This document shows, piece after piece, positions 9,173 to 22,118 of a stretch of DNA of 64,000 nucleotides. The stretch's first letter is position 1; every line of letters starts with the position of its first letter. The notes beneath the pieces are model-generated. The model was given only the letters and a program-made list of their open reading frames with translations. It had not been told where the DNA came from and made no database searches. The stretch is from positions 163,712 through 227,711 of the forward strand of contig JBEKFQ010000001.1 in assembly GCA_050013235.1 (NCBI GenBank), written 5' to 3'. The translations under genes and the position numbers were made by a program. The stretch comes from Beijerinckiaceae bacterium. GTDB lineage: Bacteria; Pseudomonadota; Alphaproteobacteria; Rhizobiales; Beijerinckiaceae.

Positions 9173-10606
9173 CTAGAACAAGGATTTTGCGGCCACCGAC
9201 GCCGCCCCGACAAACAGCGGGGGATAGACGAAGAGTGCCAGCACCAGCACGCCCGTCACGCCGAGAACGATCCGCAACACCGGCGAAGGCGGGTCGAACG
9301 CCACCGTTGCTTCGTCGAAATACATAAATTTGACGACTCGCAGATAGTAAAAAGCGGCCACGGCGCTCGACAGCACGCCGATCACCGCGAGCGGATAGAG
9401 ATGGACCTGGATCGCCGCGTTGAACACGTAGAATTTGGCGAAGAACCCGGCCAGCGGCGGGATGCCCGCCAGCGAGAACATCATCATCGCCAATAGAAAG
9501 GCCATGGAGGCGTTGGTCTTCGACAGACCCATGAGATCGGCGATATTTTCGACATTGCGGCCGTTGATCTTCATCGACAGGATCGCGGCGAACGTGCCGA
9601 GCGTCATGACGAGATAGATCGACATATAGATGGCCACGCCCTGCACACCCTCTTGCGTCCCCGCGGCCAAGCCGACGAGCGCGAAGCCCATGTGGCCAAT
9701 CGAGGAATAGGCCATCAGGCGCTTGATATTGGTCTGTCCGATCGCTGCGAAGGCGCCGAGCACCATCGACAAGATCGAGATGAAGACCACGATCTGCTGC
9801 CATTGCGCGGTAATTCCGGGAAAGGCGGTGACGATGACGCGCACCGTAATCGCCACGGCGGCCATTTTGGGCGCCGTCGCGAAAAAGGCGGTCACCGGCG
9901 TCGGCGCGCCCTCGTAGACGTCCGGCGTCCACATATGGAACGGGACGATCGACATTTTAAACGCCAGGCCCGCCATCAGAAAGACCAGGCCGAAGACGAT
10001 CCCAAGCGATGCCTTGCCATTGATCGCCGCCGCGATCCCCACGAAATCGACCGTGCCGGCGAAGCCATAGATGAGGGACGTGCCGTAGAGCAGCATGCCC
10101 GAGGACAAAGCGCCGAGGACGAAATATTTGAGGCCGGCTTCGGACGCCCTGAGATTGTCGCGGTGGAAGGCCGCGAGCACATAGAGCGCCAGCGACATCA
10201 ATTCGAGGCCGAGATACAGCGTCATGAGCCCGCTGGCGGAAATCAGGATCAGGCCGCCGAGCGTCGAGAGCAAGACGAGGACGGGATATTCGAACCGGTC
10301 GATCTTCTCCCGCGTCAGGAATTCCTGGCCCATGATCAATGTCACGATGGAGCCAATCAGCACCAGGATTTTCATGAAACGCCCGAAGGCGTCGTCGATG
10401 AACAGGCCATTATAGACGGTCGCCTTGGTATTGGCGCTGAACAGCACCACCAAAATCGCCAGGCCGAGGACGCCCACGGCGATTTCGGTCAGGAGAACAT
10501 CTTGCGCCTTGCCCCGGATCGCTCCCGCCAAAAGGAGGTCCAGCGCCCCGATGGCGAGGACGAGTTCGGGCAAGCTATGGGCGAGGGAGAGAGACAGAGA
10601 GGTCAT
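9173..10606 (-). CDS. nuoN: NADH-quinone oxidoreductase subunit N
   Basis: [40 protein letters not shown]. Confidence 0.97.
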   Translation of the reverse strand: MTSLSLSLAHSLPELVLAIGALDLLLAGAIRGKAQDVLLTEIAVGVLGLAILVVLFSANTKATVYNGLFIDDAFGRFMKILVLIGSIVTLIMGQEFLTREKIDRFEYPVLVLLSTLGGLILISASGLMTLYLGLELMSLALYVLAAFHRDNLRASEAGLKYFVLGALSSGMLLYGTSLIYGFAGTVDFVGIAAAINGKASLGIVFGLVFLMAGLAFKMSIVPFHMWTPDVYEGAPTPVTAFFATAPKMAAVAITVRVIVTAFPGITAQWQQIVVFISILSMVLGAFAAIGQTNIKRLMAYSSIGHMGFALVGLAAGTQEGVQGVAIYMSIYLVMTLGTFAAILSMKINGRNVENIADLMGLSKTNASMAFLLAMMMFSLAGIPPLAGFFAKFYVFNAAIQVHLYPLAVIGVLSSAVAAFYYLRVVKFMYFDEATVAFDPPSPVLRIVLGVTGVLVLALFVYPPLFVGAASVAAKSLF

Positions 10607-12228
10607 TGGGCAGCCTTTGCGGCGGAGGCCACTTTTTCGGCCGGCGGCAGAGCAACCGCCGCCTGGTTGGTTTTTACCCCGGCGGCAAGGGCCGCCTCTT
10701 TGATCTTATCCGTGGCGGCAAGCGCCGCCTCTTTGGCTTTGCTGGAGGCGGCAAGCGCCACTTCATGAGTCTTGACCAGAGCCGAGACGCTCGCCGCCGA
10801 CCCGTTCAGGATGGGCGAGGGATGGAAGCCATAGAAAATCGTCAGCGCGACCAGCGGCGCGAGAATGACGATCTCGCGCGGGCCGATATCGAGGATCGAC
10901 TTTAAACTCTCCTTATCGAGCACGCCGAAAACGACGCGGCGATAGAGATAAAGCGCATAAGCCGCCGAGAGAATGACACCGGTCGAGGCGAACAAGGTCA
11001 CCCAGCTATTGACGCTGAACGTGCCGAGCAGGGTCATGAATTCCCCGATGAAGCCCGAGGTGCCGGGCAACCCGACATTGGCCATGGTGAAGACCATCAA
11101 GGCGACGGCATATTTCGGCATGCGATGGACGAGACCGCCATAGGCCGAAATCTCACGCGTATGCATGCGGTCGTAGACCACCCCGACGCAGAGGAAGAGC
11201 GCGGCGGAGACAATGCCATGCGACACCATCTGGAAGATCGCGCCCTGAATCCCCTGCTCCGTGAAGGAGAACAGCCCCATGGTCACGAAGCCCATATGGG
11301 CCACGGACGAATAAGCGATCAGCTTCTTCATATCCTCCTGCACCAGCGCGACGAGCGAGGTGTAGATGATGGCGATCACCGAGAGGGTGAACACCAACGG
11401 CGCGAAATACACCGAAGCATCCGGGAACATCGGCAAGGAGAAGCGCAGGAAACCGTATCCGCCCATCTTGAGCAGGATCCCCGCGAGGATCACGGAGCCT
11501 GCCGTCGGGGCCTCGACATGGGCGTCCGGCAGCCAGGTATGCACCGGCCACATCGGCATTTTCACCGCGAAGGAGGCGAAGAACGCCAGCCACAGCCAAG
11601 TCTGCATGTGCGGGGGGAAATGCGTCTTGAGGAGGACGGTGATGTCCGTCGTGCCGGCCACCCCATACATCGCCATGATCGCAAGCAGCATGAGCAGCGA
11701 GCCGACGAGCGTGTAGAGGAAGAATTTGAAGCTGGCGTAGATCCGCCGCTTGCCGCCCCAAATCCCGATGATGAGGAACATCGGGATCAGGCCGCCCTCG
11801 AAGAAGAGATAGAACAGCACGAGATCGAGCGCGCAGAAAACCCCGATCATCAGCGTTTCCAGCACCAGGAAGGCGATGAAATATTCCTTCACCCGCACCT
11901 GGATCGATTGCCAGGACGCCAGGATGCAGAACGGCATGAGGAAGGCGGTGAGCACGACAAAGGGGAAGGACATGCCGTCGACGCCGAGCTTGTAGACGAG
12001 CCCCGCGCCAAACCAGCCCTTTTCCTCGACGAATTGAAAGGCGGAGGAGGACGTATCGAAATGCGCCCAGGCGTAGAAGGCGAGCAGCATGTTGATCAGC
12101 GTCGTGATCAACGCGGCATAACGCGCGTTCCGCAAGGTCGCTTCGTCGTTGCCGCGCAACGTCAGAATGAAGGCCACGCCCACCAGCGGCAAGAAGGTGA
12201 GGCAGGAGAGAATGCCGAACCCGGCCAT
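10603..12228 (-). CDS. nuoM: NADH-quinone oxidoreductase subunit M with Ala/Lys-rich C-terminal tail
   Basis: [37 protein letters not shown]; ATG 12228 overlaps nuoL stop. Confidence 0.97.
   Translation of the reverse strand: MAGFGILSCLTFLPLVGVAFILTLRGNDEATLRNARYAALITTLINMLLAFYAWAHFDTSSSAFQFVEEKGWFGAGLVYKLGVDGMSFPFVVLTAFLMPFCILASWQSIQVRVKEYFIAFLVLETLMIGVFCALDLVLFYLFFEGGLIPMFLIIGIWGGKRRIYASFKFFLYTLVGSLLMLLAIMAMYGVAGTTDITVLLKTHFPPHMQTWLWLAFFASFAVKMPMWPVHTWLPDAHVEAPTAGSVILAGILLKMGGYGFLRFSLPMFPDASVYFAPLVFTLSVIAIIYTSLVALVQEDMKKLIAYSSVAHMGFVTMGLFSFTEQGIQGAIFQMVSHGIVSAALFLCVGVVYDRMHTREISAYGGLVHRMPKYAVALMVFTMANVGLPGTSGFIGEFMTLLGTFSVNSWVTLFASTGVILSAAYALYLYRRVVFGVLDKESLKSILDIGPREIVILAPLVALTIFYGFHPSPILNGSAASVSALVKTHEVALAASSKAKEAALAATDKIKEAALAAGVKTNQAAVALPPAEKVASAAKAAQ
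10681..10770 (-). repeat. Three 33-nt (11-aa) tandem repeats in nuoM 3' end
   Basis: GGCGGCAAG at 10681, 10714, 10747; encodes [33 protein letters not shown]. Confidence 0.8.
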
Positions 12229-14240
12229 TAGCGCACCCCTCCGACGAGATACCACGTGACGATGGCGGTGACGCCGATCAGCATGGCGAAGGCATAGTGA
12301 TAGATGTAGCCGCTCTGCAGCTTCACCACTTGGCGAGTCCCGGCGACCACCGAGGCCGAAAGGCCATCGGGACCATAGCGGTCGATAATGCCCTGATCAC
12401 CCTGGCGCCAGAACAACCGCCCGATCCAGAACGCCGGTTTGACGAACAGAAAGTCGTAGAGTTCGTCGAAGTACCATTTGTTCAGCAGGAAATTGTAGAC
12501 GAGCGGATTGGTCCGGGCCCAGGCCGCGGGCGCCAAGGGATTGACGATATAGCCGTAGACCGCGACCAGAAACCCGCCCGCGAGCAGGAACATCGGCAGC
12601 CATTTCACGCCAAACGGCACCTCTTCCATGTCGTGGAGGATGTGATTGTCCGGCCCGTAATAGATCGCGCCCTTCCAGAATTCGGCCTGCGATTCCCCGA
12701 TGAAATGGCTGGCGAAGACGAGACCCGCCAACAGCGCGCCCACCGAGAGCACATAAAGCGGGATCAGCATGGTGTTCGGCGATTCGTGCGGATCGAGCGC
12801 GTGATGGTGATCGCCGTGACCGTGATCGGCATGCGCATGATCGTCATGACCGTGATCATCATGGCCGTGACCGTCCTCATGCGCCGACTGCCAGCGCGGC
12901 TTGCCGAAGAAGGTGAGGAAGGTCAGGCGGAACGAATAGAACGACGTGAGCCCCACCGCCGCCGTCGTCAGGAGATAGGCATAGAGCGCGCCGGTGCGGT
13001 GCGAGGCGAAAGCCGCCTCGATGATCGCATCCTTCGAGAAATAGCCCGCCGTCAGGGGGAAGCCGACGAGGGCGAGCGTGCCGATCGTCATCGTCCAGAA
13101 CGTCAAGGGAATCTTGGTGCGCAATCCACCCATGTTCCGCATGTCTTGCTCGTGATGCATCGCATGGATGACCGAGCCCGCGCAGAGGAACAACAGCGCC
13201 TTGAAGAAGGCATGGGTGAAGAGGTGGAAGATGCCGAGCCCGTAGCCGCCGACGCCCAGCGCCACGAACATATAGCCGAGCTGCGAACAGGTGGAATAAG
13301 CGATGACCCGCTTGATGTCGTTCTGCACGCAGCCGACCGTCGCGGCGAAAAAGCAGGTCGTGGCGCCGACGATGATCACGACGCTCGAGGCGATGGGCGC
13401 CTGCTCGAAGAGCGGCGACATGCGCGCCACCATGAACACGCCGGCGGTCACCATGGTCGCGGCATGGATGAGGGCGGAGACCGGCGTCGGTCCCTCCATC
13501 GCGTCGGGCAACCAGGTGTGCAGCAGGAATTGCGCCGATTTGCCCATGGCGCCCATGAAGAGCAGCAGGCAAGCCACCGTCATCACGTCCCAATCATGGC
13601 CGAAGACATGCATTGGCTTGTTGGCGAGACCCGGCGCGGCGGCGAAAATCGTCTCGAACGAGACCGAATTGGTCGCCACGAAGACGGTGAAAATGCCAAG
13701 CAAAAAGCCGAAATCGCCGACGCGGTTGACGACGAACGCCTTGATCGCCGCCGCATTGGCCGAGGGCTTTTCGTACCAGAAGCCGATCAGGAGATAAGAG
13801 GCGAGGCCGACGCCCTCCCAGCCGAAGAACATCTGCACGAGATTGTCGGCCGTCACCAGCATCAGCATGGCGAAGGTGAAAAGCGAGAGATAGGCGAAGA
13901 ACCGCGGCCGCGACGGGTCTTCGTGCATGTAACCGATGGAATAGAGGTGAACCAAGGCCGAAACCGTGTTCACCACCACCAGCATGACAGCGGTGAGCGC
14001 ATCGACACGCAAGGCCCAATCGACCTTCAACGCGCCGCCCTCGAACCAATTGCCGAGCACGGATACGGTCGTGGGATGCTCGCCGAGCGCATATTGGATG
14101 AACAAGATCCAGGACAGCGCGGCGGAAATCATGAGGAAGGCGGTCGTCACGATTTCGGACGGACGCACGCCAATCTGCTTGCCGAACAGGCCCGCGATCA
14201 AAAACCCCAGGAGCGGGAGCGCGACGACGACGGTGATCAT
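12228..14240 (-). CDS. nuoL: NADH-quinone oxidoreductase subunit L
   Basis: [48 protein letters not shown], His-rich loop. Confidence 0.97.
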   Translation of the reverse strand: MITVVVALPLLGFLIAGLFGKQIGVRPSEIVTTAFLMISAALSWILFIQYALGEHPTTVSVLGNWFEGGALKVDWALRVDALTAVMLVVVNTVSALVHLYSIGYMHEDPSRPRFFAYLSLFTFAMLMLVTADNLVQMFFGWEGVGLASYLLIGFWYEKPSANAAAIKAFVVNRVGDFGFLLGIFTVFVATNSVSFETIFAAAPGLANKPMHVFGHDWDVMTVACLLLFMGAMGKSAQFLLHTWLPDAMEGPTPVSALIHAATMVTAGVFMVARMSPLFEQAPIASSVVIIVGATTCFFAATVGCVQNDIKRVIAYSTCSQLGYMFVALGVGGYGLGIFHLFTHAFFKALLFLCAGSVIHAMHHEQDMRNMGGLRTKIPLTFWTMTIGTLALVGFPLTAGYFSKDAIIEAAFASHRTGALYAYLLTTAAVGLTSFYSFRLTFLTFFGKPRWQSAHEDGHGHDDHGHDDHAHADHGHGDHHHALDPHESPNTMLIPLYVLSVGALLAGLVFASHFIGESQAEFWKGAIYYGPDNHILHDMEEVPFGVKWLPMFLLAGGFLVAVYGYIVNPLAPAAWARTNPLVYNFLLNKWYFDELYDFLFVKPAFWIGRLFWRQGDQGIIDRYGPDGLSASVVAGTRQVVKLQSGYIYHYAFAMLIGVTAIVTWYLVGGVR

Positions 14241-14242
14241 GC

Positions 14243-14548
14243 TCAGCCTTTCATCGCGTTGATGTCTTCAACCGCGATGGAGCCGCGGTTGCGATAATAG
14301 GTCACGAGAATCGCGAGCCCGATGGCGGCCTCCGACGCGGCCACCGTCAAGATGAACAGCGCGAAGACCTGGCCGGTGAGATCGCCCAGGAAACTCGAAA
14401 AGGCGACGAAGTTGATGTTGACCGACAGCAAGATCAACTCGACCGACATCAGAATGACGATGATATTCTTGCGATTGAGGATGATGCCCGCCACGCCGAG
14501 CGTGAACAGGATTGCCGCGACGGTGAGATATTGGCCTAACCCGATCAT
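14243..14548 (-). CDS. nuoK: NADH-quinone oxidoreductase subunit K
   Basis: [28 protein letters not shown]. Confidence 0.96.
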   Translation of the reverse strand: MIGLGQYLTVAAILFTLGVAGIILNRKNIIVILMSVELILLSVNINFVAFSSFLGDLTGQVFALFILTVAASEAAIGLAILVTYYRNRGSIAVEDINAMKG

Positions 14549-14561
14549 GCCGCGATCCTCC

Positions 14562-15173
14562 CTAAACGCCCACGCCCTGGCGGGAGCGCACCTTGCGCGC
14601 CTCGACCGTCTTGGGCGACCGCGCATTTTGCGCGGGAATATTTTGACGCTTGACCGTCGGACGGTGGCGTAACGTCAGCACGATGGCACCGATCATGGCG
14701 GTCAAGAGCACGAGGCCCGCCGTCTGAAACAGCACGAGATATTGGGTGTAGATCACACGGCCCAATGCCAGGGTGTTGGACATGCCAACCGGCGCCGGCG
14801 TCGTCACATGCGCCTCGGCGCCCGCGCCAATCACCCAGGGAGCGACCACTAGAATCAATTCGAGCGCCACCACGGCGCCAATGAGAACGCCGGCCGGCAA
14901 ATATTGCAAGAAGCCCTGCCGCAATTCGGTGAAATCGACGTCGAGCATCATGACGACGAAAAGGAACAAAACCGCCACCGCGCCGACGTAAACGACGACC
15001 AGGATCATCGCCAGGAATTCGGCTTGCAGCAGCAGAAACAGCCCCGCCGCATTGACGAAGGTGAGAATGAGAAACAGAACGGATTGCACGGGATTTCGCG
15101 ACGAAATCACCATGAAGGCCGAGCCGATCAGCAGGGCGGAGAAAAAATAGAAGAAAGCGGAATGGATGGTCAT
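14562..15173 (-). CDS. nuoJ: NADH-quinone oxidoreductase subunit J
   Basis: [37 protein letters not shown]. Confidence 0.96.
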   Translation of the reverse strand: MTIHSAFFYFFSALLIGSAFMVISSRNPVQSVLFLILTFVNAAGLFLLLQAEFLAMILVVVYVGAVAVLFLFVVMMLDVDFTELRQGFLQYLPAGVLIGAVVALELILVVAPWVIGAGAEAHVTTPAPVGMSNTLALGRVIYTQYLVLFQTAGLVLLTAMIGAIVLTLRHRPTVKRQNIPAQNARSPKTVEARKVRSRQGVGV

Positions 15174-15252
15174 GGGGATGCTTTCTCCAAGGACACGGGC
15201 CGGAACGCAAGGGCTAATGCGGAGATGAAGCGAGATGAGAAGGCCATCGCGC

Positions 15253-15741
15253 TCACCGGTACGGCGCGTCGAGCGCGATGTTGCGCGCGATTTCCCGCTC
15301 CCAGCGATCACCGTTCGCCAGCAGCTTGTCCTTGTCGTAGTAGAGTTCTTCGCGCGTCTCGACCGCGAATTCGGCGTTTGGCCCCTCGACGATGGCATCG
15401 ACCGGGCAGGCCTCTTGGCAATAGCCGCAATAGATGCATTTCACCATGTCGATGTCGTAGCGCGTAGTGCGGCGCGTCCCGTCGTTGCGGCGCGGCCCCG
15501 CCTCGATGGTGATCGCCTGCGCCGGGCAAATCGCCTCGCAGAGCTTGCAGGCAATGCACCGCTCCTCGCCATTGGGGTAGCGGCGAAGCGCGTGCTCGCC
15601 GCGAAAGCGCGGCGAAACCGGGTTTTTCTCGTGCGGATAGTTCAACGTCGCCTTCGGCTTGAAGAAATAACGCATCGACAGCACGAAGGCGGCGGCGAAT
15701 TCGCGCAGCAGCAGAGACTTGGCGGAGGCTTGGAGGTTCAT
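15253..15741 (-). CDS. nuoI: NADH-quinone oxidoreductase subunit I
   Basis: Two 4Fe-4S motifs [12 protein letters not shown] and [12 protein letters not shown]. Confidence 0.97.
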   Translation of the reverse strand: MNLQASAKSLLLREFAAAFVLSMRYFFKPKATLNYPHEKNPVSPRFRGEHALRRYPNGEERCIACKLCEAICPAQAITIEAGPRRNDGTRRTTRYDIDMVKCIYCGYCQEACPVDAIVEGPNAEFAVETREELYYDKDKLLANGDRWEREIARNIALDAPYR

Positions 15742-15757
15742 CGGCGGTCCCTATTCG

Positions 15758-16777
15758 TCATCGCGCCATCACGCTGCCCCAGCCGGTGATCTCGAGCACA
15801 CCGGCGACGAGCACGACCATGAACAGCGAAATCGGCAAAAAGACCTTCCATCCCAAGCGCATCAGCTGATCGTAGCGATAGCGCGGCACGAAGGCCTTCA
15901 CCATGGAAAACATGAAGAAGACGAGTGAAAGTTTGAGGACGAACCAGACCACGCCGGGGATCCAGGTGAACGGCGCGAACGGGATCGGCGAGAGCCAGCC
16001 GCCCATGAACAAGATGACCTGCAGGGCCGACATCGTCACGATGGCCACATATTCGGCCAGCATGAACAGCATGTAGAGGGACGAGGAATATTCCGTCATG
16101 AAACCCGCGACCAGCTCGGATTCCGCTTCGACGAGATCGAACGGCGGCCGGTTGGTTTCCGCCAAGGCGGAGACGAAGAAGATCACGAACATCGGAAACA
16201 GCGGCAGCCAATACCAGCCGAAAATCCCAAACCGCGTGTCCTGCGCCTGCACGATTTCCGTGAGGTTCAACGACCCCGCCACCAACAGCACCGTGACGAT
16301 GACGAAGCCGATGGAGACCTCGTAGGAGACCATCTGCGCGGCCGAACGAAGCGACGAGAGGAACGGATATTTCGAATTGGACGCCCAGCCCCCCATGATC
16401 ACGCCATAGACGGAGAGCGACGAAATCGCGAAAATATAGAGGATGCCGACATTGATGTCGGCGACCGCCCAACCGGCATTGACCGGGATGACCGCCCAAG
16501 CCACCAGCGACAGCAGCGCCATGATGAACGGAGCGAACACGAACACGCCTTTGTTCGCGCCGGCTGGAATCACCGGCTCCTTCAAAATGAATTTCAACAT
16601 GTCGGCGAAGCTCTGGAACAGCCCCCAGGGTCCGACCACGTTGGGGCCGCGCCGCAATTGCACGGCGGCCCAAATCTTACGGTCGGCGTAAATGACATAA
16701 GCCACGCCGACGAGAAGAACCACGAGCAGCGCGAGGCTCTTCACGATTATGATAACGAGGGGCAAGAACCAGTCCAT
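15758..16777 (-). CDS. nuoH: NADH-quinone oxidoreductase subunit H
   Basis: [36 protein letters not shown]. Confidence 0.97.
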   Translation of the reverse strand: MDWFLPLVIIIVKSLALLVVLLVGVAYVIYADRKIWAAVQLRRGPNVVGPWGLFQSFADMLKFILKEPVIPAGANKGVFVFAPFIMALLSLVAWAVIPVNAGWAVADINVGILYIFAISSLSVYGVIMGGWASNSKYPFLSSLRSAAQMVSYEVSIGFVIVTVLLVAGSLNLTEIVQAQDTRFGIFGWYWLPLFPMFVIFFVSALAETNRPPFDLVEAESELVAGFMTEYSSSLYMLFMLAEYVAIVTMSALQVILFMGGWLSPIPFAPFTWIPGVVWFVLKLSLVFFMFSMVKAFVPRYRYDQLMRLGWKVFLPISLFMVVLVAGVLEITGWGSVMAR

Positions 16778-16786
16778 GGATCGATC

Positions 16787-18862
16787 CTATTCCGCCGCTT
16801 GGCTGGTTGCGGCGCTGGAATCTTGGCGCGCCTCGCCACGCGCCACCGCCGAGGCCTCGGCCATGACTTTCGACGCCCGGGCGACCGGGTTGGTTTGATA
16901 AAAATCCACCACCGGAGAAACGAAGGGTTCGTGCCCCAACGAGCCGCTAGACTTGCTGAAATCGGCAGCAGGGCTTTCCGCGATTTCGTCGAACCGCGCG
17001 AAATGCGGATGCGCCGCGAAAAGCTTTGCCCGCAAACCGGTCAGGGAATCGAACGGCAGTTTATGGCCCAAGGCGTCCGACAGCGCCCGCAGGATCGCCC
17101 AATCCTCCCGCGCCTCGCCCGGCGGGAAATTGGCGCGAGAAGCGAGTTGAACCCGCCCCTCGGTATTGACGTAGAGGCCTGACTTTTCCGTGTAGACGGC
17201 GCCGGGCAAGACGACATCCGCGCGCGCCGCGCCCTGGTCGCCATGAGTGCCGATGTAAACCGTGAAGGCGCCGGGTTGGACGGCGATCTCGTCGGCGCCG
17301 AGCAGGAACAGCACGTCCAGCGCGCCAGCTGTCGCCATGGCCGCCGCATCCAAGCCGCCTTCGCCCGGCACGAAGCCGAGATCGAGCCCGCCCACGCGGG
17401 CGGCGGCCGTGTGCAAAACCGCAAGGCCGTTCCACCCCTCGCGCGAGCCGGCCAGTTCCGCCGCCTTGGCGAGCACCGCCGCGCCATCGGGCCGGGCCAG
17501 CGCGCCCTGCCCCACGAGAACCAGCGGACGTTCGGCTTTTGCCAGAATTTCGGCGAAAGCGGCGGGCAGGCTGCCCAGCGTTTCCGGGCCCGCGCCGAGA
17601 TAGGTGGTGGGATAGGTGAGATCGGCCTTTTCGCCGATCACCCCGATGGGGAAGCCGCCGCGCAGCCAGCGCTTGCGGATGCGGGCATTGAGAACCGGCG
17701 ATTCCTTGCGCGGGTTGGAGCCCACGATCAGCAGCGCGCTGGCCTTTTCGATCCCCGCGATCGACGGATTGAAGAGATAGGAGGCGCGCCCGGCCTTGGG
17801 GTCGAGCTTGGCGCCATCCTGGCGGCAATCGAGATTCGGGCTGCCGAGCGACGCGATCAGGCTTTGCAGGGCGAAGAGTTCTTCCACGCTGGCGAGATCG
17901 CCGCCGATCGCGCCGATGCGGCCCGGTGCGGTCGCCTTCACCTTGGCGGCAATCGCCGCGAAGGCCTCGGCCCAAGAGGCCGGCTTCAGCTTGCCGTCCT
18001 GTCGGATGTAGGGGCGATCGAGCCGGCGGGTCTTTAATCCATCGACAACCTGGCGCGTCTTGTCCGAAATCCATTCCTCGTTCACCGCATCGTTCACACG
18101 CGGCAGAATACGCATGACCTCGCGGCCGCGCGTGTCGATCCGGATGGCCGAGCCCAGCGCGTCCATGACATCGATCGATTGCGTTTTGTTCAGCTCCCAC
18201 GGCCGCGCCTTGAACGCATAGGGCTTGGGCAGAAGCGCGCCGACGGGGCAGAGATCGGCGACATTGCCTTGCAGCTCGGAGCCCATGGCGGTTTCAAGAT
18301 AGGTGGTGATCTCCATGTCTTCGCCACGCCCGATCGAGCCCATGTCGGCGGTGCCCGCGACTTCCGCCGTGAAGCGGACGCAGCGCGTGCAATGGATGCA
18401 GCGGTTCATCGAGGTGCGCACCATCACGCCGATGTATTTGTCCTCGACGGCGCGCTTGTTCTCGGCATAGCGGGACGTATCGACGCCATAGGCCATGGCC
18501 TGATCTTGCAGGTCGCATTCGCCGCCTTGATCGCAGATCGGGCAATCCAGCGGGTGGTTGATGAGGAGAAACTCCATCACCCCCTCGCGCGCCTTTTTCA
18601 CCATGGGCGATTTGGTCAAGACAACTGGCGGCTCGCCATTGGGGCCGGGGCGCAGATCGCGCACGCCGACGGCGCACGAGGCTTGGGGCTTGGGCGGTCC
18701 GCCCTTCACCTCGACCAGGCACATCCGGCAATTGCCGGCGATCGACAGCCGCTCGTGGAAGCAAAACCGCGGGATTTCCGCGCCCGCCGCCTCGCAAGCC
18801 TGCAAAACCGTGAATTCCGGCGGGACGTCTACTTCGATCCCATCGACGATGAGTTTGGTCAC
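16787..18862 (-). CDS. nuoG: NADH-quinone oxidoreductase subunit G
   Basis: GTG start; CFHERLSIAGNCRMCLVE, HPLDCPICDQGGECDLQ, CIHCTRC. Confidence 0.97.
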   Translation of the reverse strand: MTKLIVDGIEVDVPPEFTVLQACEAAGAEIPRFCFHERLSIAGNCRMCLVEVKGGPPKPQASCAVGVRDLRPGPNGEPPVVLTKSPMVKKAREGVMEFLLINHPLDCPICDQGGECDLQDQAMAYGVDTSRYAENKRAVEDKYIGVMVRTSMNRCIHCTRCVRFTAEVAGTADMGSIGRGEDMEITTYLETAMGSELQGNVADLCPVGALLPKPYAFKARPWELNKTQSIDVMDALGSAIRIDTRGREVMRILPRVNDAVNEEWISDKTRQVVDGLKTRRLDRPYIRQDGKLKPASWAEAFAAIAAKVKATAPGRIGAIGGDLASVEELFALQSLIASLGSPNLDCRQDGAKLDPKAGRASYLFNPSIAGIEKASALLIVGSNPRKESPVLNARIRKRWLRGGFPIGVIGEKADLTYPTTYLGAGPETLGSLPAAFAEILAKAERPLVLVGQGALARPDGAAVLAKAAELAGSREGWNGLAVLHTAAARVGGLDLGFVPGEGGLDAAAMATAGALDVLFLLGADEIAVQPGAFTVYIGTHGDQGAARADVVLPGAVYTEKSGLYVNTEGRVQLASRANFPPGEAREDWAILRALSDALGHKLPFDSLTGLRAKLFAAHPHFARFDEIAESPAADFSKSSGSLGHEPFVSPVVDFYQTNPVARASKVMAEASAVARGEARQDSSAATSQAAE

Positions 18863-18890
18863 TTCGTCCGCTCCAAAATGTCCATCGCCC

Positions 18891-20201
18891 CTACTCCGCC
18901 GCGATGCCGTAGCCGCGCGCGGGCTCGCTATGCGGATTGGCCGCATATTGGTCGATGCGCTTCTCGATCTCCGGCCGGAAATGGCGGATCAGACCCTGCA
19001 CCGGCCAAGCCGCCGCATCGCCGAGAGCGCAAATCGTGTGCCCCTCGATCTGAGTCGTCACTTCCAGCAGCATGTCGATCTCGCGGCGCTGGGCGCGGCC
19101 TTCGGCCATGCGCGACAGCACGCGCCAGAGCCAGCCCGTGCCTTCGCGGCATGGCGTACATTGGCCGCAGCTCTCATGCTTGTAAAAATACGAGATCCGC
19201 GCGATCGCCCGGACGATATCGGTGGATTTATCCATCACGATGACCGCCGCCGTGCCGAGGCCGGATTTCAGATTGCGTAAAGTATCGAAATCCATCGGCG
19301 CATCGATGATTTCATGCGCGGGCACGCAGGGCACGGAAGAGCCGCCGGGAATCACCGCCAACAGATTGTCCCAGCCGCCGCGAATGCCGCCGCAATGGCG
19401 GTCGATCAACTCGCGGAAGGGGATCGACATCGCCTCTTCCACGTTGCAGCGCTTGTTGACGTGACCGGAGATGCAAAACAGTTTGGTCCCGGCATTATTC
19501 TTCGCGCCAAAGCTCGAAAACCAAATGGCGCCCCGGCGCAGAATCTCCGGCGCGACGGCAATGGATTCGACGTTGTTGACCGTCGTCGGACAGCCATAGA
19601 GCCCCATGTTCGCGGGGAATGGCGGCTTCAGCCGGGGCATGCCCTTCTTGCCTTCGAGCGATTCCAGCAGAGCCGTCTCTTCGCCGCAGATATAGGCGCC
19701 GGCGCCATGGTGGACGTAAATGTCGAAGGGCCAGCCGTGGACGTTGTTTTTACCGACGAGATTGGCCGCGTAGCATTGCTCGACGGCCGCCTCGAGACGG
19801 TGCTTTTCCAGGATATATTCGCCCCGGATGTAAATGTAGCAGGCATGCGCCTGCATCGCGACGCAGGCGATCAAGCAGCCTTCGATCAGCAGATGCGGAT
19901 CGTTGCGCATGATTTCGCGGTCTTTACAGGTGCCCGGCTCCGACTCGTCGGCATTGATGACGAGATAGGAGGGCCGCGCCGGATCGGGCTTCGGCATGAA
20001 GGACCATTTGAGACCGGTCGGGAAGCCGGCGCCGCCGCGCCCGCGAAGCCCCGAGTCTTTCATCTCGTCGATGATCCAATCGCGGCCTTTTTCGATGATC
20101 GCCTTCGTGCCGTCCCAAGCGCCGCGCTTGCGCGCGCCCTCCAGGCCCCAGTCGCCATAGCCATAGAGATTGGTGAAGATGCGGTCCTTGTCCTCGAGCA
20201 T
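18891..20201 (-). CDS. nuoF: NADH-quinone oxidoreductase subunit F
   Basis: [48 protein letters not shown]. Confidence 0.97.
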   Translation of the reverse strand: MLEDKDRIFTNLYGYGDWGLEGARKRGAWDGTKAIIEKGRDWIIDEMKDSGLRGRGGAGFPTGLKWSFMPKPDPARPSYLVINADESEPGTCKDREIMRNDPHLLIEGCLIACVAMQAHACYIYIRGEYILEKHRLEAAVEQCYAANLVGKNNVHGWPFDIYVHHGAGAYICGEETALLESLEGKKGMPRLKPPFPANMGLYGCPTTVNNVESIAVAPEILRRGAIWFSSFGAKNNAGTKLFCISGHVNKRCNVEEAMSIPFRELIDRHCGGIRGGWDNLLAVIPGGSSVPCVPAHEIIDAPMDFDTLRNLKSGLGTAAVIVMDKSTDIVRAIARISYFYKHESCGQCTPCREGTGWLWRVLSRMAEGRAQRREIDMLLEVTTQIEGHTICALGDAAAWPVQGLIRHFRPEIEKRIDQYAANPHSEPARGYGIAAE

Positions 20202-20205
20202 CCCG

Positions 20206-20880
20206 TCAACCCTTCTCTTTTTCGCTGGAGGCCGCGCCGGGAACATGCTCGCTCGACTCCGGCCCGCTGCGGCCATCGACGCCATAGAGCGAGAGCAGCG
20301 AAGTCAACCCGCCGGCCGGCTCCGACGTCTTGCGCCCGGTCTGCGAGCCGATCGTCACCGGCTTGCCCGCCGCGAGATTGTCGAGCAGCAGCTCGAAGTT
20401 TTCCGGCGTGAGATCTTCGTAATAGTCGTCGTTGATCTGCACCATCGGCGCGTTGCAACAGGCGCCCAGGCACTCGACTTCGAGCCAGGAAAAGAGACCA
20501 TCCGGGGTCACATGCCGTTGCTCGCCGACGCGCTTTTGCAGCACGGCCTTGATCGCATCCGACCCCGCCAGCACGCAGGGCGTGGTGCCGCACATTTGGA
20601 TGTAGAATTTGCCGACGGGCGCGAGGTTGAACATTGTGTAGAACGTCGCGACTTCGAGCACGCGGATGTAGGGCATGCCGAGCAGCCGCGCGACTTCCTC
20701 GATCGCGGGCTTGGGCAGCCAATAATCGTGTTGGGCCTGCGCCCGCCAGAGCAGCGAAATCACCGCCGAGGCCTGACGCCCCTCGGGATATTTGGCGATC
20801 TGCGTCTCCGCCCACGCCTGATTTTCGGGCGTGAAGGCAAAGCTTGCGGGCTGGATTTCAGCGAGACGGCGGACGGACAT
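20206..20880 (-). CDS. nuoE: NADH-quinone oxidoreductase subunit E
   Basis: [21 protein letters not shown]. Confidence 0.96.
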   Translation of the reverse strand: MSVRRLAEIQPASFAFTPENQAWAETQIAKYPEGRQASAVISLLWRAQAQHDYWLPKPAIEEVARLLGMPYIRVLEVATFYTMFNLAPVGKFYIQMCGTTPCVLAGSDAIKAVLQKRVGEQRHVTPDGLFSWLEVECLGACCNAPMVQINDDYYEDLTPENFELLLDNLAAGKPVTIGSQTGRKTSEPAGGLTSLLSLYGVDGRSGPESSEHVPGAASSEKEKG

Positions 20881-20915
20881 GGGCTAAACCACCCCTTGAA
20901 AAAGTGACGCGCGGC

Positions 20916-22118
20916 TCATCGATCCACCTCGCCAAAGACGATGTCGATCGAGCCCAGGATCGCGCTGACATCGGCCAGCATCGACTTGCGGCAGAGGAAA
21001 TCCATCGCGGCGAGATGGGCAAACCCCGGCGCCCGGATCTTGCAGCGGTAGGGCTTATCGGTCCCATCGGCGACGAGATAGACGCCGAACTCGCCCTTGG
21101 GCGCCTCGACGCTGGCATAGACTTCGCCCGGCGGGATCTTGAACCCTTCGGTGAAGAGCTTGAAATGATGGATCAAGGCTTCCATCGAGCGCTTCATTTC
21201 GGCGCGATGGGGCGGCACGATCTTGCCCTGCTGAGACGAGACGGGCCCCTGCCCGCCGGGGCCCAGCAGCTTCTCCACGCATTGCTTGATGATCGCGGTC
21301 GACTGCCGCATTTCTTCCATGCGGACGACCTGGCGCTCGTAGCAATCGCCATGCTTGCCGACGGGGATGTCGAATTCCATCTCCTCGTAGCACTCATAGG
21401 GCTCGGCGCGGCGCAGATCCCATTCGGCGCCCGACGCCCGCAGCACGGGACCGGAAAATCCCCAGCGCCAGCAATCCTCGAGGCTCACCACGCCGATATC
21501 GACGTTGCGCTGTTTGAAGATGCGGTTCTCGATGAAGAGATTGTGGAGATCGTCGAGCACCACGAGGAACGGGTCGCACCAGGCGCCGATATCCTCGATC
21601 AGCCGGACCGGCAGGTCCAAATGCACGCCGCCGGGGCGGAAATAATTGGCGTGGAGCCGCGCGCCCGACGCCCGCTCGTAGAACACCATGAGCTTTTCGC
21701 GCTCCTCGAAACCCCAGAGCGGCGGGGTCAGCGCGCCGACGTCGAGCGCCTGCGTCGTCACATTGAGGAGATGCGAGAGAATGCGGCCGATCTCGCAGAA
21801 CAGCACGCGGATCAACTGGCCGCGCCGGGGCACCTCGACCTTCAACATCTTCTCGATGGCGAGGCAGAAGGCATGCTCCTGGTTCATCGGCGCGCAATAG
21901 TCGAGCCGGTCGAAATAGGGCACGTTCTGGAGATAGGTCCGCGCTTCCATCAGCTTTTCGGTGCCGCGATGGAGCAGCCCGATATGCGGATCGACGCGCT
22001 CGACGATCTCGCCGTCGAGTTCCAGCACGAGACGCAGCACGCCGTGGGCCGCCGGATGCTGCGGCCCGAAATTGATCGAGAAGTTGCGAACCTGGGGGAC
22101 TTCGATGGTTTCGCTCAA
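20916..22118 (-). CDS. nuoD: NADH-quinone oxidoreductase subunit D
   Basis: TTG start; [37 protein letters not shown]. Confidence 0.97.
   Translation of the reverse strand: MSETIEVPQVRNFSINFGPQHPAAHGVLRLVLELDGEIVERVDPHIGLLHRGTEKLMEARTYLQNVPYFDRLDYCAPMNQEHAFCLAIEKMLKVEVPRRGQLIRVLFCEIGRILSHLLNVTTQALDVGALTPPLWGFEEREKLMVFYERASGARLHANYFRPGGVHLDLPVRLIEDIGAWCDPFLVVLDDLHNLFIENRIFKQRNVDIGVVSLEDCWRWGFSGPVLRASGAEWDLRRAEPYECYEEMEFDIPVGKHGDCYERQVVRMEEMRQSTAIIKQCVEKLLGPGGQGPVSSQQGKIVPPHRAEMKRSMEALIHHFKLFTEGFKIPPGEVYASVEAPKGEFGVYLVADGTDKPYRCKIRAPGFAHLAAMDFLCRKSMLADVSAILGSIDIVFGEVDR

Noticed and set aside
12790-12890. His/Asp-rich repeat in NuoL ([23 protein letters not shown])
   Set aside because: Common feature of alphaproteobacterial NuoL; not novel
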